Of a stretch of DNA of 34,122 nt, positions 1 to 12,410 are shown one piece after another. Each line of letters starts with the position of its first letter. The first letter of the stretch is position 1. The DNA is from Ginkgo biloba (Eukaryota; Plantae; Ginkgophyta). The notes below the pieces were generated by a model. That model was not told where the DNA came from. It searched no databases and saw only the letters and a list, made by a program, of their open reading frames with translations. Location of the stretch: assembly GCA_024626585.2 (NCBI GenBank), contig JANKJI020000002.1, positions 25,111,886-25,146,007 of the forward strand. The letters are read 5' to 3'. Position numbers and translations under genes: made by a program.

Positions 1-1565
1 GAAGCATATAGGTTTTATTCTAAGGTAGAATTACGAAAGAGGAACTTACAAACAACCCCAAGTAAAAACTACCACCTCCCCTCATCATCTTCTTATAAAA
101 CTGAAGATAAAAATAAGTCTAGTTTTAATAAGAGACAAAATGTGGTTGTTGTAAAATAAATGTATATGATGAAAAAAACTATTACAAATTGCATCTAGAT
201 AAATCTTTAATATCCCTTCACTAAAGCAACCAGTGAAAGATGAAAGAAGAGATAAAGATACCCATAACTTCAAATGAACCAAAATACTCCATAGTGATTA
301 TTCACACCAANNNNNNNNNNNNNNNNNNNNNNNNNNNNNNNNNNNNNNNNNNNNNNNNNNNNNNNNNNNNNNNNNNNNNNNNNNNNNNNNNNNNNTAGTG
401 ATAGATATAAATAATTTGTACTTATAGCTATGGTATAAGAACTTGGTTTATAGACACATGATCATCCAGTTTCCTATGAGATTTGTGGAAGAACCAAGGA
501 GGACAGTGATAAGGTCACTAAGTAATGCACTTTTAAATTTTGTATAACAAATAAATTGTATATGAGATCACATGTGATATTATACATATGGATTGCACTA
601 GTGTTATTCTAGGAATTCCATTCCTATATGATAGGAAATTAGAAATATCCCTTGATGAGGGAAAGTATTGATTGTTTAAGGATACCAAGATCATCATTCT
701 AAAGTGTATTCCTTTAGTAAAGGCCATCATATTAGTCAGTAGTTCATAAGTTAAACAATGGGTCCAAGCATATCAAAAGTTTGTATTAATTATACTTAGG
801 AGTCATTATGAGTTAAGTTATGATACTTAAGAAAAAATATAATTTATTACAGATAATGTTACATAAGAAAAATAAATGAAGGGTATATTTCAAGATTAAG
901 GAGATATTTTTTAAGGCTCCATAAGGCCTTTCTCTAAGGAGTTTTATTTCTCATACCACTAGCTTGATTCTGAGGGTACCATTGCCAAATTGAGTGCTCT
1001 ATATAAATTGATTATTAGAACATGATGAGATTAAAATACATTTGTAAGAATTATTAGAGAAAGGGAACATCAACCCTAGTGCTTCTCCATATAGATCACT
1101 AGTTTCTCTTATGCCAAAGAAGGATAACACATGGTATATATGCATTAATTTTAAAGCTATTGATGAAATCATTATCAAGAATCAGTACCCTCTTCCTTAT
1201 ATTGATAATTTATTTAATAGAAAAATTATTTAGAAAAATTAATTTAAGTATGAATATCAAAAAGTTTTCATTAAGGAGGAAGACATGTGGAAGACTGCAT
1301 ACATAACTAAATAAGGGATCTTCAAGTGGTTAGTCATTCCCTTTAGGATCCAATGTACCAACCACCTTTATGAGGTTAATGAGAGATGTTATTTAATCAT
1401 ACTTAAAATCTTTTATAGTTATCTATCTTGATGACATTTTTATCTTCAATCACACTTAGGAGGAGTGACTTATGCACTTGAATAGAGTCTTACAAAATTT
1501 TAGAGAAAACAAACTACAAGCTAACATAAGGAAATATAAACTTACTAAACATAACAGATCTTATT
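1..1565 (+). mobile_element. Ty3/Gypsy element A, 5' part: gag C-terminus, aspartic protease and RT (decayed)
   Basis: Manual translation gives a zinc-knuckle remnant NYYKLHLDK (~178-204) and a protease region VTK*CTFKF..CDIIHMDCTSVILGIPFLYDRK (~512-638). RT motifs follow: ELLEKGNINPSASPY, PKKDNTWYICINFKAI, KNQYPLPYIDNL and IYLDDIFIF (~1421-1447). Many stops and frameshifts. Confidence 0.93.
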
Positions 1566-4276
1566 TGATACATCCACCTAATATTAACCATAAAAAATAT
1601 CGAATGATTCCACCTAGGTCCCATGTTCCCCAAGTTCTCCTTTAGTGTGAGATGTTGCATAAGTCCCTTAGGTCGCTCATTCGTGGACAACACACAATTA
1701 AAACCATAAGATAAAATAATGATCTAACCCAATCATAGGAACAAATGGTAACACACTCAAAATTTAATATATTCATTAACTTTCAAGAATAATTATTTAC
1801 AATCGGCCCACCAGCCTATTCACAATAATACATTCACACATCCCTCATAGGCAAGATTTACAATCAAACATCATAGACCTTCGCCACTATTAGAGGGGAT
1901 TACATTCAATCTTTTAACTCTAATGATTAGATCCTTATAGGCATACTTCTTCGACTATGCACCAAATATTTTTCTCCTTCACTTTTCTTCTTCATGGCCA
2001 CTATTAGAATAATTACTCTCTTTGGCTACTATTGGAGGATACTTGACTCACTCGTAATCCCTGCAAGTGCATATTGCATTGTGTATCAATATTATTCATC
2101 CCTAAGTTACCTCATATTCAATACATCTACGTAATTTCCATATTCTCTCTCTCTAACTCTTCCTCATTTCTTTCTCTTCTTCCTACTTGATCCCTTCTTA
2201 GCCTCCTTTCTTGCTTCCCTCCTTTCCTCTTGGTCACTTCTTACTTCCTCTCTACATTTATACAAGATTTTAAATTCTTTGGCGCTAATGTTCTTGTCTA
2301 GCATTCTCATTGGTGATCTCTGTTAAATCTTCCCAACATATCTTATCATTAAGACCTTATAATTATCATCTTTTTCTTGGCATGGACTCCTTCTCCCTTC
2401 ATATTACATGTGTGAATATTCTTTATTCCATGATTCTAATAGTCTAATTACAATATTATTGAACCTTCACTCCATCCATACTATCCCATACTCCATCTAA
2501 TCATTGGTGTTATGTCGACAATATCACACCATTCATTGTCTTTAACATGCCATAAACCATGTGCCCTCCTAATGGATCTTTGGATTTTCTCCTCTATTGG
2601 GGTATTCCTTAGGCGGTCGTAAGTCATGGTTCTTCTCTAAATCCCTGAAATCCATTCAATTCTTCTAACTAGAGTTCCTTGGACCTGAAGGTCCCTTTCC
2701 TCTATCGTTAATTCCTTATCTTGGTTCTATAACTTTTGGGGTTTATCTAAGGGTGATCTCCTCTTGTGGGTCTCACACTCTTAACACTTGAATTCTAAAC
2801 CACACATAAACCCATATCCTCCACTTTAGGAAAAATCTTAATGATTATATACNNNNNNNNNNNNNNNNNNNNNNNNNNNNNNNNNNNNNNNNNNNNNNNN
2901 NNNNNNNNNNNNNNNNNNNNNNNNNNNNNNNNNNNNNNNNNNNNNNNNNNNNTGTGCACTAATCTTCTTTGTCCCTTCTTCCTCATGGCCATTACTTGAC
3001 CGATTACTCTCTTTGACTATTATTGGTTGGTACTTGACTTACTCTTTAACCTTACAAGTGCATGTCACATTGCGCACTAATCTTCTTTGTCCTTGACGTA
3101 CCTTGCATTAAGCATATCTTCTCAGCTTCCAACTTCTCTCTCTCTCTAACTCTTTCTCATTTTTTTCTCTCCTTCCTCCTTACTCCCTACTTGGCCCCCT
3201 TGCTTGCTTGCCTCCTCTCTACATTTATACAAGCTTTTAAATTATTTGGCACCAATGTTCTAGTTAGTGAGCTCCATTAAAGCTTCCCAATGATTCTCAT
3301 CATTAAGACCCTACAACAATCACCTTCTCCTTGGCATGCCTTCTTCTCACTTTGACTTTTGTGTGTAATTCTTCTTTGAGCCATGGTTCCAACAGTCCAC
3401 TTAACGTATTAATGAGCCTTTACTCCATCCATATTGTTGCATGCTCCATCTAGTCATTAGTTTCATGTGGGTAACGTTGTGTGATTTATTATCTCCAATG
3501 GGTCATAAATCGCATGTCCTCCTAACGACTCTTCGTTGTTTCTCCTCCATCAGGATTTTATTTCCTTGGGTGGTCTCAAGTCATGTGCAACTCCCAATAC
3601 CTAACCTTTTATCAATCTTCCTCACTAATAGAGATCCTCAAACATAAAGGTCCCTTTCTTCTAACGTTAATTCCTTAGATAAGGTCCACGACGTCTAGGG
3701 TTTCTCTAAAGGTGATCTCCTCTTGTAGGTCCCAAACTCTTGATGCCTAAAACCTGAAACACACAAGAACCTATTTCCTCTACTTATTTTGAGAGGATCC
3801 AACATGGGGCCCTTGGGTGCCTCCTTCTCAAATGTCTTTAATTTGGACTTTAGGGTTGCAGGCTTTGGACCTTCTTTACCCCTTGTCACCACTTCACACT
3901 ATTACCCGCTCTTCAAACTCCTAATGTCAATTCTTAAGTCTTGAGTTATCACTCCACAAAATAAAAGGTCAAAACTCTATTCTATCTCTCATTCGAGTCT
4001 ATGCCCACTCCTCGAGATTTTGATGTGGGCTTCTCTTGACTTCCCTTTCGAACCTTTGAGCCTCTAAAAGTCAAACTCCTCTAAAAACACAACTCTCCCA
4101 AAATGGATCAGTGCCTCAATTAGTTTTAATACCCTTTTCAAGTCTAGGGGACCTCAAGTTATTTAGTGAAGTCCACCAAAACTCAAACCTCCAATATCTT
4201 AGAATGCCAAAAACATATATCTTTAATAATAAAAAAATTGCACTTCTGCATGCACCATAGGGATGATCTTGCATCA
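1566..4276 (-). mobile_element. Solo LTR (~2.7 kb) inserted antisense into the RT of element A
   Basis: Termini are TGATAC...GCATCA, flanked by TTATT (1561-1565) and TTATC (4277-4281), a 5-bp TSD with one C/T mismatch. Removing the insert restores the frame RSYLLFIVYEYGLRVD. Minus-strand TATAAAT boxes are followed by purine-rich tracts. No coding motifs were recognised inside. Confidence 0.85.
1960..3785. repeat. Diverged tandem duplication (~0.85-0.95 kb unit) inside the solo LTR
   Basis: ~1980-2826 aligns colinearly with ~2975-3785. Shared words include TCATGGCCA, ATTACTCTCTTTG, TCTACATTTATACAAG, CATTAAGACC, AGGTCCCTTTC and GGTGATCTCCTCTTGT. A gap (2853-2952) separates the copies. Confidence 0.9.
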
Positions 4277-5464
4277 TTATCTACTATTTATTGTATATGA
4301 ATATGGATTAAGGGTAGATCTAACCAATATTAAAATCTTATAGGATTGGAAAAGACCCACCAATATCCATGACCTTCATAGTTTTCTTAGTTTAGTTAAC
4401 TTCTATAGGAAGTCTATTTAAGGGTTCTCTAAAATTAATTTGTTGCTTATTCAAATTATAATGGAAAAACATATTTTCACATAGAATAAGAAACAACAAG
4501 ATTCCTTTGATTTGTTGAAATACAAATTTTGTATTGCATCATTTTTAGCTATGCGAAACCTATAATTATAATTTGAAGTAGAAGAAGATACATCAAGACA
4601 TGCCATTAGTGTAATCATCATTCAGTTAGATAAGGAAATAACCTATCATTCTAAATTATACATTGATACATTATAAACATAGAGTACCTACCATAAAGAG
4701 ATATATTCTATAGTGAAAGTTATTAAGCAATGGAAACATTATCTCTTTTAGAAGGAAATTATTATCCATTCTAATTATCAATCACTCTAATTATTAAATT
4801 CATAGACCAANNNNNNNNNNNNNNNNNNNNNNNNNNNNNNNNNNNNNNNNNNNNNNNNNNNNNNNNNNNNNNNNNNNNNNNTTCATATCATTATCAAATA
4901 TAATAAAGGGAGTAGCAACAAAGTAGCAAAATTCTTCAGTATACCACCTATTCATTCATTACTACAAGTGTTTGGTGCTAAATATTTTGGTTTTTTAGAA
5001 TGGATAAATATGTATACAATTGACTCAAATTTTACTTCTATTGTGGCACATGTTTCTAATCCTCAAGTAGAAAAAGAGGACTACATGAGATAATTCCATC
5101 TCAAAAANNNNNNNNNNNNNNNNNNNNNNNNNNNNNNNNNNNNNNNNNNNNNNNNNNNNNNNNNNNNNNNNNNNNNNNNNNNNNNNNNNNNNNNNNNNNN
5201 NNNNNNNNNNNNNNNNNNNNNNNNNNNNNNNNNNNNNNNNNNNNNNNNNNNNNNNNNNNNNNNNNNNNNNNNNNNNNNNNNNNNNNNNNNNNNNNNNNNN
5301 NNNNNNNNNNNNNNNNNNNNNNNNNNNNNNNNNNNNNNNNNNNNNNNNNNNNNNNNNNNNNNNNNNNNNNNNNNNNNNNNNNNNNNNNNNNNNNNNNNNN
5401 NNNNNNNNNNNNNNNNNNNNNNNNNNNNNNNNNNNNNATGGATAAATTTAATAAGATGGTGATG
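4277..5464 (+). mobile_element. Element A continued: RT C-terminus, RNase H and start of the integrase core (decayed)
   Basis: Translates as GLRVDLTNIKIL*DWKRPTNIHDLHSFLSLVNFYRK, FEVEEDTSRHAI, ITYHS, TYHKEIYSIVKVIKQWKHYL..KEIIIHSNYQSL and HIIIKYNKGSSNKVA. After the gap, DKFNKMV (5441-5461) matches the integrase motif DRFSKMA. Confidence 0.9.
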
Positions 5465-5482
5465 TGCCATCAGGTGCACACA

Positions 5483-6034
5483 TGTAATTAGGAGATCATA
5501 GGATTAACACCCTTTGTACATCACATGGCCTTCATTTATATGAGGGGATATCACTGAAGGGGGAAAATTATGCACATACACTTACTAATTTGTACACATA
5601 TAATTACCTTATTTATCTCATCTTAGATTAAAAGTTTTACTTTTTTTAGTTTTCTCCTAGATTTAATAACATGCTAGTGTGCATAAGAGAACTCCTTGCA
5701 TGGATAAAGAGTCTTACTTGTGGATAACAAGCATGCCACATATATATTTGGATAGATACTAATAATGGACATATCTTAGCTATATAAGAAGGTATAGACC
5801 ATGAGAATATATTCATGAATTCATACACTTATGCACAAACCAACTTGTATGAGATCTTACCTTGGATTTAACAAGAGTGATAAGATTTGATAATAAAATC
5901 TATATTATACTATGTCCATTTCATATTCCCTATTTTATGTGTAGGCACTCTATGTGTAGCCAAGTGTCTTGATTGCATATGCAAAGATACTTTATCTTAA
6001 GTTTAATTTTGCTAGAAAAGAGGAGAGTGTTACA
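5483..6034 (+). mobile_element. Possible ~550-bp LTR followed by a PBS-like motif
   Basis: Termini are TGTAAT...GTTACA with TATATAAG at ~5781. It is followed by TGGTGGCAGTGAGTAGGA (6043-6060), but after 8 nt, which is longer than the usual LTR-PBS spacing. Confidence 0.4.
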
Positions 6035-6659
6035 AAAAAAATTGGTGGCAGTGAGTAGGAAAAAGAGCAATGCACATAGGGAAGGGTGTATTGCTTAGGA
6101 AATGGCATGGCACACAACACGTGATTGAATTAAGAGAATATTTTGGGAATCAAATTCTTTTGTACATAGATTATATGACCAATTATAGACAAATAACAAC
6201 TTCCACATGGATAGAATAGAGATGACCTAGTATTTCTTGCCTACACGCTTTCACACATACATAACAAAAGGGATGAGGCCACATCATTTGGTATCATAGC
6301 CCAAGTTATCAATTATGACAAGTTTTACACCTACGTTATTTTTTGTTTACAGTACTAGTTTTATGTATTTTATGCATGTGCTTAGTTAACACTATTACAA
6401 ACCTAAAAAGAACATTATGAATGAAATGAGAAACATTAATAGATTCTAAAAGATTCTTTAAGAAATAGCTTAAAAATAAAGTGTTAAAAAAATCTATGTA
6501 TACTACAATGAGTACTTTTAGAAAGTGTTATGTTTTAGAATGATTCTATTCATTTACTTTTAATTATTGTTTTCTATTTTTTAAAGAAATTATATGTTTT
6601 AAACTTTTTTATAGTTTTTAAATAGTAACATTACAAGGTTAAAAATTTTATTGAAAAAA

Positions 6660-9316
6660 GATGGAGAAAGGAGATAACTCTAAGAAGGAAGATCTACTGG
6701 ATGGTGGAGTTTANNNNNNNNNNNNNNNNNNNNNNNNNNNNNNNNNNNNNNNNNNNNNNNNNNNNNNNNNNNNNNNNNNNNNNNNNNNNNNNNNNNNNNN
6801 NNNNNNNNNNNNNAGAGAGAAAACCCTACAGTGAAAAAATCTCCATGAATCCCCCTTTGATCATAGCCCCCTCAACGAGCCTAACCATAGGAAAATGTAC
6901 TAGCCCTCTCCTAGTAGGATGGCACATCATCCACTACCCATAAACCCTCGATCTACCTCAAATTGGTGTGTTAGCTCAACAATCTTCAATCTCTAGCTCT
7001 GATGAAGTCCTTAACACCTCCAGTTCACATGCACAGGATAAAAACCATGCCGTCTCTCCCCTCCAGCTGCCTCTCTCAATGGTTTGCCTGATCAATCATC
7101 CTCTTACTAGTTGTTACAATCTCTATGACTCACTTAGTCGATTGCTCAGGTATGCACACATGCTCATCCTCTATATTTTGGCTTCAAATAGCCTATTTAA
7201 AAAAAGTTCCCAATGGGAGTTTTAGGGAGAAAGGAGAGAAGTATGAGCCATTTTTAGATGAAGATAGTACCCATATTAGGGAGAGGAAAGAGGAGACAAC
7301 TTTATTAGAACACGCCAATTAGGTGATAGATCCATCACCCTCATTAAAGGGAGAAACTCCACGAGTGAATCTTTCCATTTGGGAAGATATTACTGATATT
7401 AACAAATTTGATGATAGGGGAGGCTTCTAGTATCACTGCTTAACTATCAAACCTTAGATTTATTGTAGGGATAGAGGAAATGCAAGAAGTGTAGCTTCAT
7501 GATTAAGGTTTTGGGAGAGAAAGGTTCCAAGGTGGGAGTGCTTTGGCCACCTCATTTTCAAGAAGGAAAATATAAAAAGATGCCTCTAGAGAAGTCAAAA
7601 TAATCTCAATATCAATAAAGCATTAAAAGAGAAGGAAAACCTGAGGCAAAAGATTAGGCAAGGAATGGAAGATCACACTTAGACCCCATGAATGTGGGAA
7701 ACATTATTCTAAAGAAAATAGGTAGGCCTTTCTCAAAGAAGAAAAAATAACTAGAGGTCAAACTAGGCCTAAAAGAAGGAATGGAAGGAATGATATCATA
7801 TAGCTTTAATTCTAGATTAGATTCCAAGACATTGCCTAAATGAAGATCATCTTGTGGAATGTGAGAGGGTTGGGCTCCCCTATGAAAAGAAGGAATCTAA
7901 GGGGAATTTTGATGGTAGAGAAACTAAATATTTATTTTTTGTAAGAAATAAATCTTATCTCAAGTTCCATAGAAGAGCTAGTAAACAAAAGTCTCACCGA
8001 GTTTAGTGTATAATTAGTGAGTTCATAGGGTTCAACAGGAGGCTTGGTTATTCTCTAGAATCCTGAGATCCTCAAAGTCTTGATAGAAGATCATAATAAG
8101 AACTAGATAACCATAAGACTACTATATTTAAGTGACAACAAGGAGNNNNNNNNNNNNNNNNNNNNNNNNNNNNNNNNNNNNNNNNNNNNNNNNNNNNNNN
8201 NNNNNNNNNNNNNNNNNNNNNNNNNNNNNNNNNNNNNNNNNNNNNTCTATTGTTAAAATAAAGCTAATGGATTGGAAATTTTGGATAAAGGACAGGAAAA
8301 AAGAGGCTAATAGGTTAGCAAAATCAAACCTATCCTAGATTTAAGAGATGGGGTTATCATCAAAGTTGGCCTTGAGGGACATAGAAGATAAGAAATGTTT
8401 GGATTATCACTTAAAGGAGGAAGAATATTTTTGGAGACTAAAATTAAGAATATTATGATTTTATATAGGTGACAAGAACTCCTCCCACTTCCATAAAGTG
8501 GCAACATAGAGACTGCATTCAAATTGTATCAGAAGAATCAAGAAAAGTAATGGAAAGTGGTTAGGTTCTCAAGAAGAGGTGAGAGAAGAGACCATCATAT
8601 ACATTTTGAATATTTTTCTTAGAGGAACCATTGGATAAGTCATCATATCAAGATAGGATCTTGCAAGTGATTAAGTAGACCATTTTCCTCAAAGCAGCTA
8701 GAAGAAATAATTTTCTCAATGAAATATGATAAGTTGTCAGGACTGGATGGTTTGCAAGTAAAATTTTACAAGGCATGATAGGATATATTTAGTGGGGATC
8801 TATTGAGAGATTACAAGGAGTTGAGATGTTTAGGAAAGTGATAGGTATTATGAATGCTACCTTTATCATGTTGACCGCTAAAGACAAGAACCCTAGTGCT
8901 TTTGATAGGTTTAAACTGATTTCTCTATGCAATGTATACTACAAAATAATTTCAAAAATGATGGTGAATAGATTGAGGAAGATACTTCCTAGATTGATAT
9001 CAAAGGNNNNNNNNNNNNNNNNNNNNNNNNNNNNNNNNNNNNNNNNNNNNNNNNNNNNNNNNNNNNNNNNNNNNNNNNNNNNNNNNNNNNNNNNNNNNNN
9101 NNNNNNNNNNTTGGATATGGATAAGGCTTATAACAAACTAGACAAGAATTTCCTTTTGAAGGTTTTGGAGTATTTTGGCTTTAGTAAGGAATGGAGAAAT
9201 TGGGTTGAAGGTCGTATTACTAACCTATCCTTCTCGATGTTGGTGAATGGTAGACCAATTGGTTATTTTATAAGTACAAGAGGGATTAGGTAAGATTTTC
9301 TGTTATCACCTAGCCT
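6660..9316 (+). mobile_element. L1-clade LINE remnant: ORF1 tail and ORF2 (APE endonuclease and RT)
   Basis: ORF2 starts at ATG 7840 as MKIILWNVRGLGSPMKRR, directly after a TAA, and includes GSTGGLVIL. RT motifs are GLDG, LISLCNVYYKIISKMMVNRLRKIL, LDMDKAYNKL and FSMLVNGRP..RGIR*DFLLSP (RGLRQGDPLSP). The ORF1 assignment and 5' boundary are positional only. Confidence 0.92.
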
Positions 9317-9416
9317 NNNNNNNNNNNNNNNNNNNNNNNNNNNNNNNNNNNNNNNNNNNNNNNNNNNNNNNNNNNNNNNNNNNNNNNNNNNNNNNNNNNN
9401 NNNNNNNNNNNNNNNN

Positions 9417-9913
9417 AGTTTGACACAATCTCTAAAGGCACCCTAAAGCGACACATAATCCACTGATAAATGAAGTTAATGGTGGTATCTTGGTCAATTT
9501 TCCTTAAGGGGACTACCTCTGCTCATTTTATCATGTAGTCAGTGGCCGTCACTATATAGCGATGACCATCACTCAAAGGAGGATTAATGGGCTCAAGAAA
9601 GTCGAGGCCCCACTTGGCAAATGATGTGAGAATTAGAATAGGAAGAAGGGGCATGCTATCCTCAACTAACCTAGATGTGAAGATGTGGTATTTACGACAA
9701 TGCCTTATAAAGGCATGGACATCCTAAAAGAGAGTAGGCTAGTAGTAGCCACACCTCAAAATTCTACGTGCAGTGACATCAGTAGTAAAATGGCCCCCAC
9801 AGAGGCCACTATGGCACGACTATAAGACATCATTGATTTCATCCTCTAAGAGGAATCGAAGAAGGATTCCATTAAATTTTAATGATATAAGGTTCCTCCT
9901 AGAATGACATACT
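9417..9913 (-). mobile_element. Non-chromovirus Ty3/Gypsy (Athila/Tat-like) integrase fragment: HHCC region and core
   Basis: The minus strand reads CHSGLCGGHFTTDVTARRILRCGYY*PTLF*DVHAFIRHC..FAKWGLDFLEPINPP..GHRYIVTATDYMIK*AEVVPL..IMCRFRVPLEIVSN. Confidence 0.93.
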
Positions 9914-12407
9914 TGTTGACGTCCGAATCTGTCCCCAGGTAAAGGTAGATCGGTCTGTGTGCCCAAAGGGAGGAAAGGGGGACAAAATGACATCAACAGT
10001 GAGGGGTCAAGGGGCCCTCCGCTTCAATAGGGATAGTTCCCTTTAATTAACAAAACAAACTAGAAATAAAAAATGAAAGGGACAAAGAGCCCAAGAGTAA
10101 AAATTGTTATGCACAATATTTATGAATATTCACAAGGAATTTTAAAGTGTGGTTTCTTGGCTTAATGCCATAAAATATATGGTGAGAGTGGAGGGAGGAA
10201 CAGGGATGAAAACTGGAGGTAGCAATGACAAGTTCAGACTAGAATGAGGCTCCAAACAGAAGGCCTCAAATATTAACCAAAAATAAGAGAACACAAGGGA
10301 GAAACTCTAGATGATTTGCCAACACTTTAGTTAGATGGGATTACCAGACCACCCACAGAGTAAACCAATCCTAACATAGGTCTCTCCACTGACTCATCAG
10401 CAAGGCCAGGTGAATCCAAGAGAGCTCATTAAGAAAAGCATCNNNNNNNNNNNNNNNNNNNNNNNNNNNNNNNNNNNNNNTCCCTATGTAAAAATTTAGA
10501 TTACTCCAGAATTGTTCCACCAAAAAGACTCAAAACACCAATACATACATAACACTATTAAATTAGATTCAGAAACATAAGGAAAGAATGCCACTTTACC
10601 TTAATAATTGATAATACAGAGTTATCCTATAGTAGGATGATTACAAAGTATACTTGAGGCACCTAGCCTTGATCACAATAGTCATAAAAATAGTTTCTCC
10701 TCTCTCAAGCATGGAAGAAAAAACATCCCTCTCCAAAAAATTACAAAAAATAGAGAGAGTTTTGATAGATCATCCCACTCCCCCCTTCTTTCTTTCTTTT
10801 TTATGATAAGAAACCCCTTTCTCCACCACCTCATGAGGCTCATTGATGAGCTACAATTAGATGGCCATTATCATAATGGCACTTTCAATGCTAGAAATAT
10901 CCAAATCAAGCTGTCTCTGGGTATTAGCAGGCTTGGTTGCCTATGATAAATTTACCATTGAATGCCAAGGGTAGTTGGGGGGCAGCAAGATGCCTCTGTC
11001 ATCTTTTTCTTGCATTTAAAATTCATCGTGAGGTCAGGCCTGCGGGGGCTAATTCTTTCATTCCATCGGGGGCTTGCATAGGTTTGTAATGGACGTCCAT
11101 AGGGAGAGGGCACACGTGCCGCATGACACCATCGCGTGCCATTATTTTCCATTTTGACTTGGGGCCACAAGGTCCCAAGTTTTCCTCCTATAACTATGGG
11201 TTGCTGGGGCCTCATGATGGCATTACATAGTGCCATCATAGGGGTTGAGCCAACTGCCACCTTTCTATTTTCCATAAGAGGGCTCCCACCCTCACATGGG
11301 GCAGGTCCTTGAGATCCTGCCATGTGGAAGGATCTTAGGGACTCACTTCCCTCGACGGGGAGGGATCTCCTCCCTTCCCCTCCATTTGGGATCTGAGTTG
11401 CGGGTAGTGGGGGTTGAGCCTCCCGCAAGTCCTTTCAATGGCCTGGGAGGGCCCCTACCCTCATGAGGGGGCAATGCCCTAAGATCCTGCCATGTTGTGG
11501 GATCTCGGGGACCTACTCCCTATGAGGGGGAGGGGCCTTCCCTTTTTCTCTTTTCACTTCTGTTTGTAGCCAAGGCCAGGTGGATGAGCCCCCTATGGGT
11601 CTTTTCACTTAGTTTTCCAATGGGGGCTTGCTCCCCACTTTTGAATTTGTCACAGGGCCATGCGATGGCACCATGTGGTGCCATCACATGCCCCCCCCCC
11701 CAAAAAAAAACGTTTTGAAAAGGGGTCGCGGGGCCCCAAATCACTTTGTGATGGGCGTGGGGTGCGAAGAACCCACGATGATGTCGTGTGGCATCATCGC
11801 AGGGGATGATCCCCCTGCGCCCCCTTTGTTTTCATCTAGGAAGTCCCTCCCACCTATGAGGGGCAAGGCCCCAAGATCTCACTGCGTGACAGGATCTCAG
11901 GGACTTGCTCACTGCGAGGGAAGCGACCTTCCCTTCCCTTCTCCTTAAACTTGGGGCCTGGGTCACGGGGGCCTCACGATGGCACCGCATGGTGCCATCA
12001 CGAGGAGTGAGCCCCCTGCAGGGAATTTAACTTGGGTTTGGGGAGGGCCCTCCCCCTGCAGGGGGTGGGGCCTGGAGATCCTGCCATGTGATGGGATCTT
12101 AAGGGCCTGCCCTTCGGGAAGGGGAGGGGCCCTCTCCTTGACTTAATATTTTGGGCAGGCCATGGGGGCCCTGCAATGGTGCCACGTGGCACCATCACTA
12201 AGGATGAGCCCCCGGTGGCCTTTTCACCCATTTTTATACTTGGAAAAAATGTGAGGCATGAGAAAAGAGTCTCGCAATACCTTCTGTGTACTACAACCTA
12301 TGAAACACCCCTGTGACATCCTTTTATACTATGGTAATCTGCTGAGAACCCAAAGAGAGACCTAGCAAGACTCAACTTCATATAAAATGCATAATTTTTG
12401 GTCAACA
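9914..12407 (-). mobile_element. Solo LTR (~2.5 kb, Tat/Ogre/Athila-like) interrupting the integrase
   Basis: Perfect 7-bp terminal inverted repeats TGTTGAC...GTCAACA. The integrase frame breaks exactly at 9914. The left flank is ATACT; the right flank is GTA followed immediately by the next LTR. The interior is non-coding with a GC-rich repeat block. Strand is inferred. Confidence 0.75.
11111..12203. repeat. Array of about 10 GC-rich palindromes of two types, separated by variable spacers
   Basis: Type A (~34 bp, CGATGGCACC-NNNN-GGTGCCATC) lies at ~11111 (partial), 11211, 11659, 11772, 11972 and 12169. Type B (~95 bp, core GAGATCCTGCCATGTG-GGATCT) lies at ~11281, 11445, 11839 and 12041. Confidence 0.9.
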
Positions 12408-12410
12408 GTA

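Noticed and set aside
6380-6540. hAT dimerisation-domain-like words (VNTITNLKRTL, KDSLRNSL)
   Set aside because: The match needs frameshifts and lies in very AT-rich DNA, so it is too weak to call.
11111-12203. CRISPR array
   Set aside because: The context is a eukaryotic LTR, with two repeat types, irregular and partly related spacers, and no cas genes.
10952-12231. Several 70-160 aa ORFs on both strands
   Set aside because: They are by-products of GC-rich palindromic repeats and contain no recognisable domains.
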